NCBI GenBank assembly: GCA_963695855.1
Contig: CAVOHZ010000010.1
Span: 1,024,001-1,088,000, forward strand
Length of the DNA: 64,000 nt
DNA from: an uncultured Nitrososphaerales archaeon
GTDB lineage: Archaea > Thermoproteota > Nitrososphaeria > Nitrososphaerales > Nitrososphaeraceae
Direction: 5' to 3'
The position numbers and the translations under genes are program-made. This document shows, one piece after another, positions 1-10,349 of this stretch; position 1 is the stretch's first letter, and each line of letters starts with the position of its first letter. Under the pieces are notes generated by a model. The model did not search any database, was not told the origin of the DNA, and saw only the letters and a list, made by a program, of their open reading frames with translations.

Positions 1-1195
1 CTTTCATGATAAAACTGATATACTAAGTTCCATCTTTGTCTAAAGATATGATATCAGGAAAATTTCTATTGTTTATTAATTCCTTGAAAATATCTATATC
101 CATAAATTCTGAAAAGAATTTATCGGTTTTAGAAATAGCTTCAAATTTTGGGAGCAATAATTCGTTGTACAGATTTGTTACCCGTTCCTAAGCACTAATA
201 GGATCTGAACCCATATATGTCACTGACAAATCAACGAGCCCCAGAATTTGACACATAAGATCATATTTTTCTCTCTTTCTTGTATCATTTATCAATTTTA
301 AGAGATCATTGTACTTTTTCATAGATGTAGGCTTCTGTTTGAAAGGATAATCTGTTCTCCAAATCATAGATTCCACAATGATGCTCTGAATCAGTTTACC
401 AGATTTTACATATTATGCATGAGTGGTTACATAATCTATTGGAGGAAGAAGCTGTTATTGATTTTGCTGAAAATAATTCTTGAATTCTATTTCATCCATG
501 CTATAGTATGCATCAATAATTCTCATATCAGTTAGAATTGATACTATTCTTTCAACCTTAGGTCCTTCAAATCTAAATAATCCTATACTAGTCCTATAAT
601 TTTGTTGATATGGATCATAATCGTGCAATAAACTAGCAATCAATAAAAATTCATAATCTTCCCAAATAAAATAATGTTCTTGGAACTCTTTCGGTAATAT
701 CTGTAAAGTTACATAAGAAACCTCTAAACTATCATGGAAATTATGGTAGCGATTTGAGCCCTCGCCCAAACCTTGTACCTCGTACATATTTTTTAGGATT
801 AAAATAACATACCGAATTTTTTCAATATTGTTTGGTTTAATATTTTTTATTCTTGCTAATATGAGTAATGACTCGCTTAGTTCATCAAGATTAACATATG
901 AAAGATTTAGATTGGTTTCATCAATAATAGGTTTGGCATGTATGGACATGTATTTGACAGTTTTTCCGTATATATCTTTATACAGGATCTTAATAGGCAA
1001 GCTCTGAAAAAGATAAATAGCAATCGCACTCAATATCCAGTGATATTTGATTCTTTTTTTTCATGTTCTGTAATAATATTTGATGCGACAGATAGTTGTT
1101 TATTGATAGAATTAATTAATATACCAAAATCAGTAGTATTGATATTCAATTCATTGTCTGTAAAATGTGCAACATCTGTAGTCAGTATCAACCAT
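1..1195 (-). pseudogene. Degraded HD-domain protein gene running off the left edge of the window
   Basis: ORF 455..1033 has HD-type motifs (YHNFHDSLEV, LLHDYDP). The same frame continues through stops at 455-457 (TAA), 413-415 (TAA) and 188-190 (TAG), taking in ORF 188..376 (LVDLSVTY). An A8 run near 1054-1061 shifts the upstream coding frame. Confidence 0.7.
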
Positions 1196-1232
1196 TGAGG
1201 AATAGTGACGATATATTGATATTGATATTTTT

Positions 1233-1838
1233 TTAAAAAAAATTTTCACCTTTTAAATATTTGCGCGAAGTATTCGCTACTATCTTTTTCCCTGAAAAAA
1301 AGAGAAGATCTGAATCATTATCAACCTTAAGAATAATTTCTTCATCACTTGTTTGAAGACTGAGAAAAATATGCCAATATTTTTCTTTATCTAACCAATC
1401 CGGCACTAATGTTTCACGATCCCAAAAATCCGTAGGACCAAAATGCACAAAACCGTTTACATATTTTTTTGTTACCGGATTAAATGTTGAATAATTATAA
1501 TCTCCTATTGTTGGATCTAATTTTCTACATAAATCCCTTGCTAACAAGATATTGTCCATATATCTGGTAAATTCTCTGTAAACCATTATTTCCCATATAG
1601 TACTTATAAAACTCAAAATCGTAAATAAAATATGAAATCCAGTAATGTCATGATCTGTAAAATAATGAGGAGCTAATTGAATACCAAACCATCCTGTAGA
1701 TAAAATTCCAGAAAAGAATGATATTAAAAAGAAAATTCGGGTTAGATCATAATAATATAAACTAAGTGGTTGTAGATGGGATCTGGTTAAATAATTTTGA
1801 ATCCTGATTGTTTTTAATAGACCTCTGATCATCTCCAA
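1233..1838 (-). CDS. Hypothetical membrane protein with two predicted TM helices
   Basis: 201-aa ORF with two hydrophobic segments (IFFLISFFSGILSTGWFGI; FHILFTILSFISTIW). No recognised family. Confidence 0.6.
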   Translation of the reverse strand: MEMIRGLLKTIRIQNYLTRSHLQPLSLYYYDLTRIFFLISFFSGILSTGWFGIQLAPHYFTDHDITGFHILFTILSFISTIWEIMVYREFTRYMDNILLARDLCRKLDPTIGDYNYSTFNPVTKKYVNGFVHFGPTDFWDRETLVPDWLDKEKYWHIFLSLQTSDEEIILKVDNDSDLLFFSGKKIVANTSRKYLKGENFF

Positions 1839-1969
1839 TATATTGTTCAGTCGATATCTATCATATTTTTTAATATTAATACATATAGAATTTGAGCAAT
1901 TTTAGATGATATAAACAGTAAGCAGTAATTGATACAAGAATATAAGAACGAATCAGGAATTCACAATAT

Positions 1970-2299
1970 TTAGTTAACTACGAGATCCATATCGTTTTCA
2001 TTTAGTCTAAAATTTATTGATCTTAATTTACTTTTGTAAAAAATCGTTTTTCTGCCTCGTAAATTAATATGAATTCTATCAATTGAAACTATACCCATGT
2101 TTTCTAATTTCTTTATTCGTTTATAAATAGAACTCAATGGTAAATTTGTTTCATCATGTATTTGATAAACGGTTTTTGATTTTTTCATCAGTAACAAAAT
2201 AATCTCATATGTATCATTTTCAAGGATACTATTTAAAAAAGAGATAACTGTCTTTTTATCAATATCCCAACTATTTTTAATAGCTGTTAGACTCAACAT
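1970..2299 (-). CDS. Winged-helix (ArsR-like) transcriptional regulator
   Basis: KTVYQIHDETNLPLSSIYKRIKKLENMGIV...GRKTIFYKSK matches the small wHTH regulators common in thaumarchaea. Confidence 0.85.
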   Translation of the reverse strand: MLSLTAIKNSWDIDKKTVISFLNSILENDTYEIILLLMKKSKTVYQIHDETNLPLSSIYKRIKKLENMGIVSIDRIHINLRGRKTIFYKSKLRSINFRLNENDMDLVVN

Positions 2300-2301
2300 A
2301 A

Positions 2302-2338
2302 TTAGGCCACACTAATTAGGTTGAACTAATATATAAAT
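2302..2338 (-). promoter_or_regulatory. Two tandem TTAG-N6-CTAA palindromes immediately downstream of a TATA box
   Basis: ttag-gccaca-ctaa (2302-2315) and ttag-gttgaa-ctaa (2316-2329) lie between the wHTH start codon and TTTATATA on the minus strand (about 2330-2337). Confidence 0.6.
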
Positions 2339-2368
2339 GTTAATTAAAACCTATTATATAAAAAACAA

Positions 2369-4804
2369 TTATTTTTGCTTGAAATCTGACATTGATTTAC
2401 GTGATGACTCTATCATTTTCTTTTTCCTCGGTTGAATAAAGAGAATATACATAGAGGCAACAAGATATACAGATAACAAAATGACTTGTCCTAAAATACT
2501 CTCCAAAGTAGGATGTATTCCGGTCATTGTTGCGAGATTGACATCCAATCTAGGAATTATTCCAAATAAATGGGTAGTAGAGATGTATCCAATCTCTTGA
2601 AATTCACGAATGGCATTACCAAAAAAAGTAATAGACATATAAGCACCAACCCCCATCGTAAATCCGAAAAGAACCCGTAATGGCAATTTCTTGCCCAACT
2701 TCTTGATTATGATCGCGATCGAGATTATCACAATGAGTCCAATAATCAATCCAGACGTAACAAATAATTCCATATTCTTTGCGTAAGAGAACATGGCTTG
2801 ATAAAACAGAACAGTTTCAAAACCCTCTCTATATACTGTAAAAAAAGAAAGCATTACGAAGACCACTACACTTCCGGTTGCAGTGGCCTTCCAAACTTTG
2901 GATTTCACGAATTCAATCCATTTCTTGGTTTCAATTTTATTCAAAATCCAAAAGGATACCCAAAAAAGTACTGCAACGGCAGATATTCCTGCTATTGCCT
3001 CGATAAGTTCTTTACTTGCCCCAGATATTTCTATAAGAAATGACGCAATAAACCAAGTAATAGCTGTAGCACCAGCTGCAAGAATAATTCCAAAATAAAC
3101 ATGTTTTTTGAATCTTTCGTTTCGTGAAGCTTCTAGATATGTAGTTATTGCACCAATGATCAAAGCAGATTCCAACCCTTCTCTAAAAATTATAGAAAAT
3201 GAGGACGAAAAAGCTATTCCTGGTGCTATTGAGCCTAATCCTGATACGAGTCTTTCTGAATCATCTAGACCAGATTGAATTTCACTTGCTTTGCTCATGA
3301 CTTCTGTATATGAGGCATGCTTTTCTATCAAGTTTCTAAGCTCGGCGAATTTAATTTCCATTTCTAGCGTGAAATCAGGATCAATTGGTCTCAATGGTAG
3401 CTCTATCTTTTCATAACTATCTAAATACGCAGAACGTGCAGTTATTAGAGATTCTTCATATTTGTCTTCTTTATAGAAATTTAGTACGTCTTGTAAACTT
3501 AATCTAATTTGATCTACATCGCTTCTTACCTCGCTTTTCTCTTCTTCAGAAACTTCGCCAATATTCTTTTTTTCACCTTGAAAAATTCCAAACCCTTTAC
3601 TTAGTTCATTTATATCTGCTAAATTATTGCTCTGTTGATTGCCATTATAATGATTGACGATCCCTCTGTTGGTGACGACAGTTGTGATTGATGCATCATT
3701 TAATAAAACATTCTCTGCTTCGTCCAGTTTTTGTAAAATTTTATTTACAAAGAATTCAATCTGTTCTGATGGTGCGTTGTCTTTTATCATCTGTCTTAAT
3801 CCTTCCCTCATATTTAATTCAATTTCCAACATTAGTTCTGGATCATTTTGTTCTACTGATGCTTCAAGATATTCATAATTATCTAAGTATGCAGAAATAG
3901 CAGCCTTATCTGCTTTTTTATAGTCCTTATTGTCCTTGATTTCGTTTACTACAATGTTTAATAAAGAATCAATATTAGAGAAATAATTTTGGATCTCTAA
4001 AGGAAGGCTTTTGGATAAAGCACTTTTAGATAATTCCATTAGTTCCTTTTCTAAAATATTTATTGATTTAAAAATAGCATTATAATCGTGGTTTGTAGTA
4101 TAATTTCGTATCTGCAAAAACAGGTCCAAAACAGAATCAAGTTCTTGGCTAGGAATTGAATTAGAGATGCGGCTAATTTGATATTCAGATCTATTAACAA
4201 GTTCGTCGATAATTTGATAATTTAGCTCACTCTCCAGTTGAGATTGGTTTGATTTGATATTTCCTAATACCGATTTAGCATCTCTCAGTATCACAATAGT
4301 ACTTTGAATTAGAAAATATTTTGAATCAAGATTTTTTGTATTGATTAATTTATTTTCAATTGATTCAATCGTAGTTCGTGTTTCTGAAAAGGTTTTCTTC
4401 AACAAATCCCCCTCCGGTTTAATATTGACCAGAGTTATTGGAAGATCGGTCAACAAATGTTCTAATTTTGAAGACAATATAGGATCGATTAATAGCAATT
4501 CATCTTTTATTGATGGAAAAATCGCCTGATGTGGAAAATATGCATATGAAAAAGCATCGTGTATATTACCAGACTCAAAACTATCATCTGCCAAATTTAT
4601 CTTTGTGAGAATTCTTTCGAGGTTGTTAAATAGCGTAAAGTTTCTTTGTAAATCCTCTGAATATATTATGGATTTAGAATCGTTATTAACAACATCTACT
4701 TCAGAAGATGCATCATAAGGAGTGAAAATACAAATTACAAAAATAAATACGAAGAAAGATATACATAGTAACTTATAATTCAAATTTTTTTCATTGTTAT
4801 TCAT
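2369..4804 (-). CDS. FTR1-family high-affinity iron permease with a large extracellular N-terminal region
   Basis: Two RExxE motifs (IFREGLES, VYREGFET) in a multi-TM C-terminal domain. It has an N-terminal signal/anchor and repeated helical modules (AYLDNYEYLE, AYLDSYEKIE). Confidence 0.92.
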   Translation of the reverse strand: MNNNEKNLNYKLLCISFFVFIFVICIFTPYDASSEVDVVNNDSKSIIYSEDLQRNFTLFNNLERILTKINLADDSFESGNIHDAFSYAYFPHQAIFPSIKDELLLIDPILSSKLEHLLTDLPITLVNIKPEGDLLKKTFSETRTTIESIENKLINTKNLDSKYFLIQSTIVILRDAKSVLGNIKSNQSQLESELNYQIIDELVNRSEYQISRISNSIPSQELDSVLDLFLQIRNYTTNHDYNAIFKSINILEKELMELSKSALSKSLPLEIQNYFSNIDSLLNIVVNEIKDNKDYKKADKAAISAYLDNYEYLEASVEQNDPELMLEIELNMREGLRQMIKDNAPSEQIEFFVNKILQKLDEAENVLLNDASITTVVTNRGIVNHYNGNQQSNNLADINELSKGFGIFQGEKKNIGEVSEEEKSEVRSDVDQIRLSLQDVLNFYKEDKYEESLITARSAYLDSYEKIELPLRPIDPDFTLEMEIKFAELRNLIEKHASYTEVMSKASEIQSGLDDSERLVSGLGSIAPGIAFSSSFSIIFREGLESALIIGAITTYLEASRNERFKKHVYFGIILAAGATAITWFIASFLIEISGASKELIEAIAGISAVAVLFWVSFWILNKIETKKWIEFVKSKVWKATATGSVVVFVMLSFFTVYREGFETVLFYQAMFSYAKNMELFVTSGLIIGLIVIISIAIIIKKLGKKLPLRVLFGFTMGVGAYMSITFFGNAIREFQEIGYISTTHLFGIIPRLDVNLATMTGIHPTLESILGQVILLSVYLVASMYILFIQPRKKKMIESSRKSMSDFKQK

Positions 4805-4838
4805 ATTTTGAATCCTTCTTTGACATTCTTCTAAGATA

Positions 4839-4857
4839 TTAGGTTATCCTAACTTAT
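4839..4857. promoter_or_regulatory. DtxR/IdeR-like iron box upstream of the FTR1 permease
   Basis: TTAGGTTATCCTAACTTAT matches the DtxR consensus TTAGGTTAGCCTAACCTAA at 16 of 19 positions. It lies between the TATA-like TTTAAATA (about 4864-4875) and the start codon. Confidence 0.65.
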
Positions 4858-4979
4858 TAGCTATATTTAAATATATAGAAAAGTTCATGATTGAAAAAGA
4901 AAGTAAGGCATTTTTTTAATATATCTTAAATAAGAATATTTATTCGAAACATGCCATTACCGATTCAATAAAAATAAAA

Positions 4980-5336
4980 TTACTGTTTAAATAATTTTTC
5001 TGCCATGTCCAAGTTGGATTTTATATTGTTATGTAATGTCATAATTTCGTCCGAAGGCTTTTTGTCCTCGATAGTACTTGCAAAATCTTCTCTTATCATT
5101 ATTTCTGTTTCTTCCATTAGATCTTTATTAAGGTCCTTTAATGGATTTTCAATATATTCATAATTGTCGATATACGCAATATCGATTAGTTCAGATGCAC
5201 CTGTATAATTTCCTGTATTTAATTCTGTTATTGCCTTATCTAGTAAATTTATGATATTGGATAAAATGAAGTAATTCTTTTTCTGATTTTCCTCTTGTGC
5301 CTTAATATTGGATAATGGCAATAATAAAACTACCAT
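4980..5336 (-). CDS. Secreted stand-alone copy of the FTR1 extracellular helical module
   Basis: IAYIDNYEYIENPLKDLNKDLMEETEIMIRE aligns with the permease's SAYLDNYEYLEASVEQNDPELMLEIELNMRE. The N-terminus is signal-peptide-like (…IKA/QEE); the true start may lie slightly upstream. Confidence 0.75.
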   Translation of the reverse strand: MVVLLLPLSNIKAQEENQKKNYFILSNIINLLDKAITELNTGNYTGASELIDIAYIDNYEYIENPLKDLNKDLMEETEIMIREDFASTIEDKKPSDEIMTLHNNIKSNLDMAEKLFKQ

Positions 5337-6067
5337 TAAAATTCCTAAACTAAAGAGTATAGAAAGTTCGCTTTGAATTTATCACTGCTCTTTTTTAAAT
5401 CAAAATTTAATTATATATATTATTATTCCTTTCTCATTTTTGAAAATAATATTTGTATATCAATGTACTAATTAATTTTAATTGAATAAAATGTATGTCC
5501 AAGTCAATTGTCATCAAAGTGATTATAGCTCATTCCAAATGTCATATCCAGATATTCTGATACTGAATCTTTTTGTTCTTCTATATTGGTATAGAATGTG
5601 TTTTCAAATAAATCTGATTTTATATACTGATTTTCATTGCTTTCATTTGGATTTAGATATTGAGGGCTGCTTGGAAGATATATTATAGTCAGCAAGTCTC
5701 TGCACATTTGCATATTCTGATGTCATCTTGTTTATGTCAAATAAAGCACTTTCCCATGTCAATAGAACTTTATTCCAACGGTTTCTCCTTAAATGGATCT
5801 TGATTATCTATCTCATCAAATGAAATTTAGTCCTATTTATACAAATAAAATAACTTTCAACCAAAACGTTATTTTATCTTTGAAATAGGACCAAAAAGTA
5901 CAGTAAGTTGCAATAATAGTGGATGTTCTATTTCTGATAAATTAATCATTTTATAGAATGTCACCTTCAAAAGGAAAATCTATTTTATTAAAAAAACAGA
6001 TCTAAACAGCAATAAAAATATCCAAATAAAAAAAAATAATATTGTAGAAACCTGTTAATAACAAAGG

Positions 6068-6898
6068 ATGAAGTCGAAAATGATTGTTGCAATTGTTCAA
6101 ATGAAATCATCGACGGATAAAAATGAAAATTTGGAAACCTCTGTTCGATTTATCGAAGAAGCGGGTAGAAAAAATGCTGATTATATTTTCTTCCCAGAAT
6201 TTCAAATGGCATTTACTCCTAGTAATCAAAATTTAGATGAATTGTATTCAGTGGCTGAATCGATTTCTAATAGTAATTTTTTAAAGAAGCTTCGTCAAGA
6301 GTCAAAACGATACAATATTGGAATAGTCGGTACGATGTTTGAAAAAAATAAAAACAAGACAGAGAAAAGGGTTTTTGATACGGCATTTGTAATAAATAAA
6401 AATGGAAAAGTAATCTCGATATACAGAAAATTACATCTATATGACGCTTTTGGGTTTAAAGAATCTACTAAATTCATTAACGGTGACAAAATTACGAAAC
6501 CCTGTAAAACCATTTTTGGAAAAATGGGAGTAATGATATGCTATGACATAAGATTTCCAGAACTAGCAAGAATACTGGCATTAGAAGGATCAGATATCAT
6601 GGCAATTCCTTCTGGATGGGTAACTGGTGTTATGAAAGAGGAACATTGGATTACTATGCTTAAAGCGCGTGCTATAGAAAATGGTAACTATATTATTGCA
6701 GCAAATCAGGTTGGAAATATTTTTTGTGGAAGAAGTATGGTAGTAGATCCATTAGGTTCTGTATTGACAGACTTGGGAGATAAAATTGGATTAGAGGTAG
6801 TAGAAATCAACAAACAAAGAATAAATCAAGTCAGAGATATTTTGCCATTATTAAGAAATAGGAGAGAAGATGTTTACAGGATCAGCCAATCTGATTAG
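6068..6898 (+). CDS. Carbon-nitrogen hydrolase (nitrilase superfamily, Nit/YafV-like amidase)
   Basis: Glu-Lys-Cys triad motifs FPEF, YRKLHLYD and ICYDIRFPE, plus ARAIEN. Confidence 0.93.
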   Translation: MKSKMIVAIVQMKSSTDKNENLETSVRFIEEAGRKNADYIFFPEFQMAFTPSNQNLDELYSVAESISNSNFLKKLRQESKRYNIGIVGTMFEKNKNKTEKRVFDTAFVINKNGKVISIYRKLHLYDAFGFKESTKFINGDKITKPCKTIFGKMGVMICYDIRFPELARILALEGSDIMAIPSGWVTGVMKEEHWITMLKARAIENGNYIIAANQVGNIFCGRSMVVDPLGSVLTDLGDKIGLEVVEINKQRINQVRDILPLLRNRREDVYRISQSD

Positions 6899-9041
6899 AT
6901 ACCTGTTTCTTTTTATTTGGACAATTAATATTTATGCAAAGAGATTTTGTTAGTCTAAGAGTGTAATAAAAAATATGGATAACTGGCCAATTACAATACG
7001 AACAAGATTTAGTAGTAGATTTAATTATACCTTTTTGAGGCAGAGGCAAGGTTATACTACATCCGTAATTAAAATAATTGGAACATGATATGAATCTTTT
7101 TCTCGTTTTTCTTGATCTTATTATTTGCAGATTTCCTTTTCGACAAAGAGGACATGGTCCTACTAGAATATTTTTTCTTTTATTTTTATAATAGTTTTCA
7201 GTTTGATTATTTAACATATTGATGGTAGAAAGGTCTATTTCTAAATCATCTTTTTTATAACCATCAATAGATTCTAAAATATCGTTTATAACATCATCTA
7301 AAATATTTGAATTGTTTCTAACTCCCAGCTCAATCTCTTGTAAATATTTTTCTAACATTCTCGTTAGCTCAGTTGAAATAATCTTTGGAGATTTTTTTTG
7401 TAAATAGTCAATCAATATCATTCCAAGCTTAGTAGGTAAAAGGATATTTTTTTTTACTTCTATGTAATTTCTCTTGATCAGTGAATCTATTATATTACCT
7501 CTTGTAGATTTGGTTCCCATTCCTTCATTTTCCATTTTGGACAATAAAGAAGAATAATTGAAACGTTTAGGAGATTCGGTGAATTTTTCTTCTCTAATTA
7601 TTTCGATATTTTTCAATTTATCTCCAACTTTTAGTTTAGGTAATTGCTTAGATTGTTTAGGCATGTTGTAATAAGGAACATAAAAATGAATCCAACCATC
7701 TTTAGAAACAACGTAATCAGTTATATAGAATACATGTTCTTTATTAACAGTTACAAAAATCGTAGTTTTCAAATATATTGTCGATTCACCAAATGTCGAA
7801 AAATATCTTTTAACAATAAGATCATAAACCCGAAATTCTTGAGATGTTAAACCTGATGGCTTTCTACCAGTGGGATGAATCGCAGTGTGTGCTGGATCAG
7901 TCTTATTACCGTTGTTTGGATATAATTTCTTTTGTGACATTAATTTATGTACATTAATTTTGTATTCATCAGATATTTGAGCAAGATCCTCTAATATTTT
8001 TTTATTGTTGATAGAAGATGAAAGAGTTTGACTATCAGTACGAGGATAAGATATCAGTGTTTTTAGGTATAATTTCTCAGCTATGAAAAGAGTATAATTA
8101 GGAGAAAATCGAAATAATCTAAAGGATTCCTTTTGTAAGTCTCCTAGATTAAATGGGTAAGGAGCCTGTAGATATTCGTTTGTTTGTGAAATTTCACTTA
8201 CTAATCCATCAATATTTTGGCAGTCTTTTAATACAATTTCTGTCTCATCGATACTGCTCATTCTTCCTTTAATATAGGATAACAATAGAGAATGATTGTC
8301 TTTCTCAAAATGTATTTTTATATTCCAATAAGGCAAAGGAATATGACAGTTGATCTCATATTCCCTATCAATTACAAATTTAAGAGTTGGACTCTGAACT
8401 CTGCCAACTGTTAGATTTGTTTTAATTTCCTTTTTTTTGATGGAACTCATCAACGACCTAGAAAAATTGATACCATAAATAAAATCTAGCATATGTCTCA
8501 ACATTCCTGCATATGCCATGCCTGTGTTGGGTTTTTCCAAATTATTAAATGAGTTTATAATATCTTGATCAGTTAAAGTTGAAAATTTTGCTCTCAAACA
8601 GCCATGATATTTATTATCACAGGCTAACTGTAAAATGTTGTATCCTATTAATTCACCTTCCTGATCATAATCGCAGGCATGTATTATTCTATCAGCGTCC
8701 TCAGAAAATCTTTTTAACAGGTCTATTAACTTTTGGTTTTGTCGATTTTTTTGATTTGCTGTTAATGGAACCCAACTTAAATCAAAAACTGGAAAAAGTT
8801 TCCTGTCTTTGTAGAAATCATTTAAAGTATACAGATGACCTTTTGATGAAACAACTACGTAATTTGAGGTATTGTAGCTTATTTCATATATGGTATTATT
8901 ATTAATCCTAATTTGGTTAACTGTTTTTGATCCTAAAACATGGGATATTCTATTTGCTACACTTGGTTTTTCACATATAATCAAAGTATATTTTTTTTTA
9001 TCTACCATTAATCTTGAGAAGTTATTTTTATTATCTTTCAT
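6882..9041 (-). CDS. topA: DNA topoisomerase IA (archaeal type) with C-terminal zinc ribbons
   Basis: TOPRIM motifs CEKPS and ACDYDQEGE, GRVQSPTL, catalytic ISYPRTDS, and C-terminal CxxC pairs. Confidence 0.95.
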   Translation of the reverse strand: MKDNKNNFSRLMVDKKKYTLIICEKPSVANRISHVLGSKTVNQIRINNNTIYEISYNTSNYVVVSSKGHLYTLNDFYKDRKLFPVFDLSWVPLTANQKNRQNQKLIDLLKRFSEDADRIIHACDYDQEGELIGYNILQLACDNKYHGCLRAKFSTLTDQDIINSFNNLEKPNTGMAYAGMLRHMLDFIYGINFSRSLMSSIKKKEIKTNLTVGRVQSPTLKFVIDREYEINCHIPLPYWNIKIHFEKDNHSLLLSYIKGRMSSIDETEIVLKDCQNIDGLVSEISQTNEYLQAPYPFNLGDLQKESFRLFRFSPNYTLFIAEKLYLKTLISYPRTDSQTLSSSINNKKILEDLAQISDEYKINVHKLMSQKKLYPNNGNKTDPAHTAIHPTGRKPSGLTSQEFRVYDLIVKRYFSTFGESTIYLKTTIFVTVNKEHVFYITDYVVSKDGWIHFYVPYYNMPKQSKQLPKLKVGDKLKNIEIIREEKFTESPKRFNYSSLLSKMENEGMGTKSTRGNIIDSLIKRNYIEVKKNILLPTKLGMILIDYLQKKSPKIISTELTRMLEKYLQEIELGVRNNSNILDDVINDILESIDGYKKDDLEIDLSTINMLNNQTENYYKNKRKNILVGPCPLCRKGNLQIIRSRKTRKRFISCSNYFNYGCSITLPLPQKGIIKSTTKSCSYCNWPVIHIFYYTLRLTKSLCININCPNKKKQVSNQIG

Positions 9042-9182
9042 TCATAAAGATATTTAATATTATTTACAATAAAAAATTACCCTTTTAATATTGAATAAAT
9101 TTTGGAAGCAAGTCTCACGGTATTATAAAAATATGAAATGTTATCAGAAAAGATATAAACAATTAATAATTCAAATTTCATT

Positions 9183-10316
9183 ATGCGTATAACTGTTTCA
9201 GCAATAAAAGCAGACATTGGTGCTATTGGGGGTCATACTCGTCCAAGTGATGAATTACTTGACATTGTTAAAAAATTTGTTGAGAAAAAAGGAAATGACC
9301 TTCTAATTGATCATTACATCGGATATACTGGAGACGATATCCACATCATAATGACACACAAACTTGGGAAAGATAATGAAAAAATTCACAAATTAGCATG
9401 GGATGCGTTCACAGAGGGTACAAAATTAGCAAAAAAACAGGGGTTATATGGAGCGGGACAAGATTTGCTAAAAGATTCTTTTTCTGGTAATGTCAAAGGA
9501 ATGGGTCCGGGTGTAGCTGAAATAGAGATGGACGAAAGACCAAGCGAAGTGTTCAGTATTTTTGCAGCTGATAAGACAGAACCAGGTGCTTTTAATTTTC
9601 CATTTTGGAGAGTTTTTGTTGATGCGGGAAGTAATACCGGTTTGTTAATCAATGAAAAATTAGCTGCTGGTGTAACTTTCAGGATAATGGATGTAATGAC
9701 TGGAAAGATAGCTGATTTAAAATTATGGAATGATAAACCAGAGTTAGAAGCCGGACTCATGTACCCTGGACGATATGTAATTCATTCAGTTTATTCAGCA
9801 GACAATGAACATATTTTATCTGCATCTACAGATAGGTTGCACAATATTGCAGGTACTTATGTGGGAAAAGATGATCCGATTGCTATAATGAGAACACAAA
9901 AGAACTTTCCTGCAACAGAAGAGGCAGGAAGTGCATTTAATAATCCTCATTATGTGGCTGGAAATACGAGAGGAAGTCATCATATGCCATTGATGCCTGT
10001 AAAACTCAATTCAGCCGCAAGTATTAATTATGCTATTCCAATAGTGTCATGTCTGGTTTTTAGTATGCATGATGGAAAGCTGACAGGACCTCATGATGGA
10101 TTTGGAACTGTTGATTGGGATCTTCAGAGAATGTGGGCATCAGAGAGAGCGATGATTATGCGAAATCAAGGATTTATTCACCCCGCCACATTAATTCCAG
10201 AAGAGTTGGAGTACAATAAGGGCTATGAAGCAAGATTGGCTAAACTAAATGAAAAATTTGTGCCAGAGGATAAATCTAAAAATGGTACAGAGAAGAAAAA
10301 AAGGGTAAAAGATTAA
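9183..10316 (+). CDS. fbp: Bifunctional fructose-1,6-bisphosphate aldolase/phosphatase (class V)
   Basis: IKADIG, GLYGAGQDLLKDSFSGNVKGMGPG, ADKTEPGAFN and YVGKDDP. Confidence 0.97.
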   Translation: MRITVSAIKADIGAIGGHTRPSDELLDIVKKFVEKKGNDLLIDHYIGYTGDDIHIIMTHKLGKDNEKIHKLAWDAFTEGTKLAKKQGLYGAGQDLLKDSFSGNVKGMGPGVAEIEMDERPSEVFSIFAADKTEPGAFNFPFWRVFVDAGSNTGLLINEKLAAGVTFRIMDVMTGKIADLKLWNDKPELEAGLMYPGRYVIHSVYSADNEHILSASTDRLHNIAGTYVGKDDPIAIMRTQKNFPATEEAGSAFNNPHYVAGNTRGSHHMPLMPVKLNSAASINYAIPIVSCLVFSMHDGKLTGPHDGFGTVDWDLQRMWASERAMIMRNQGFIHPATLIPEELEYNKGYEARLAKLNEKFVPEDKSKNGTEKKKRVKD

Positions 10317-10349
10317 ATCTGCAAATATTTTCCAGAATAGATCATTAAT

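Noticed and set aside
5482-5713. Overlapping short ORFs on both strands
   Set aside because: They have no recognisable motifs or coding signal and are probably spurious or heavily decayed.
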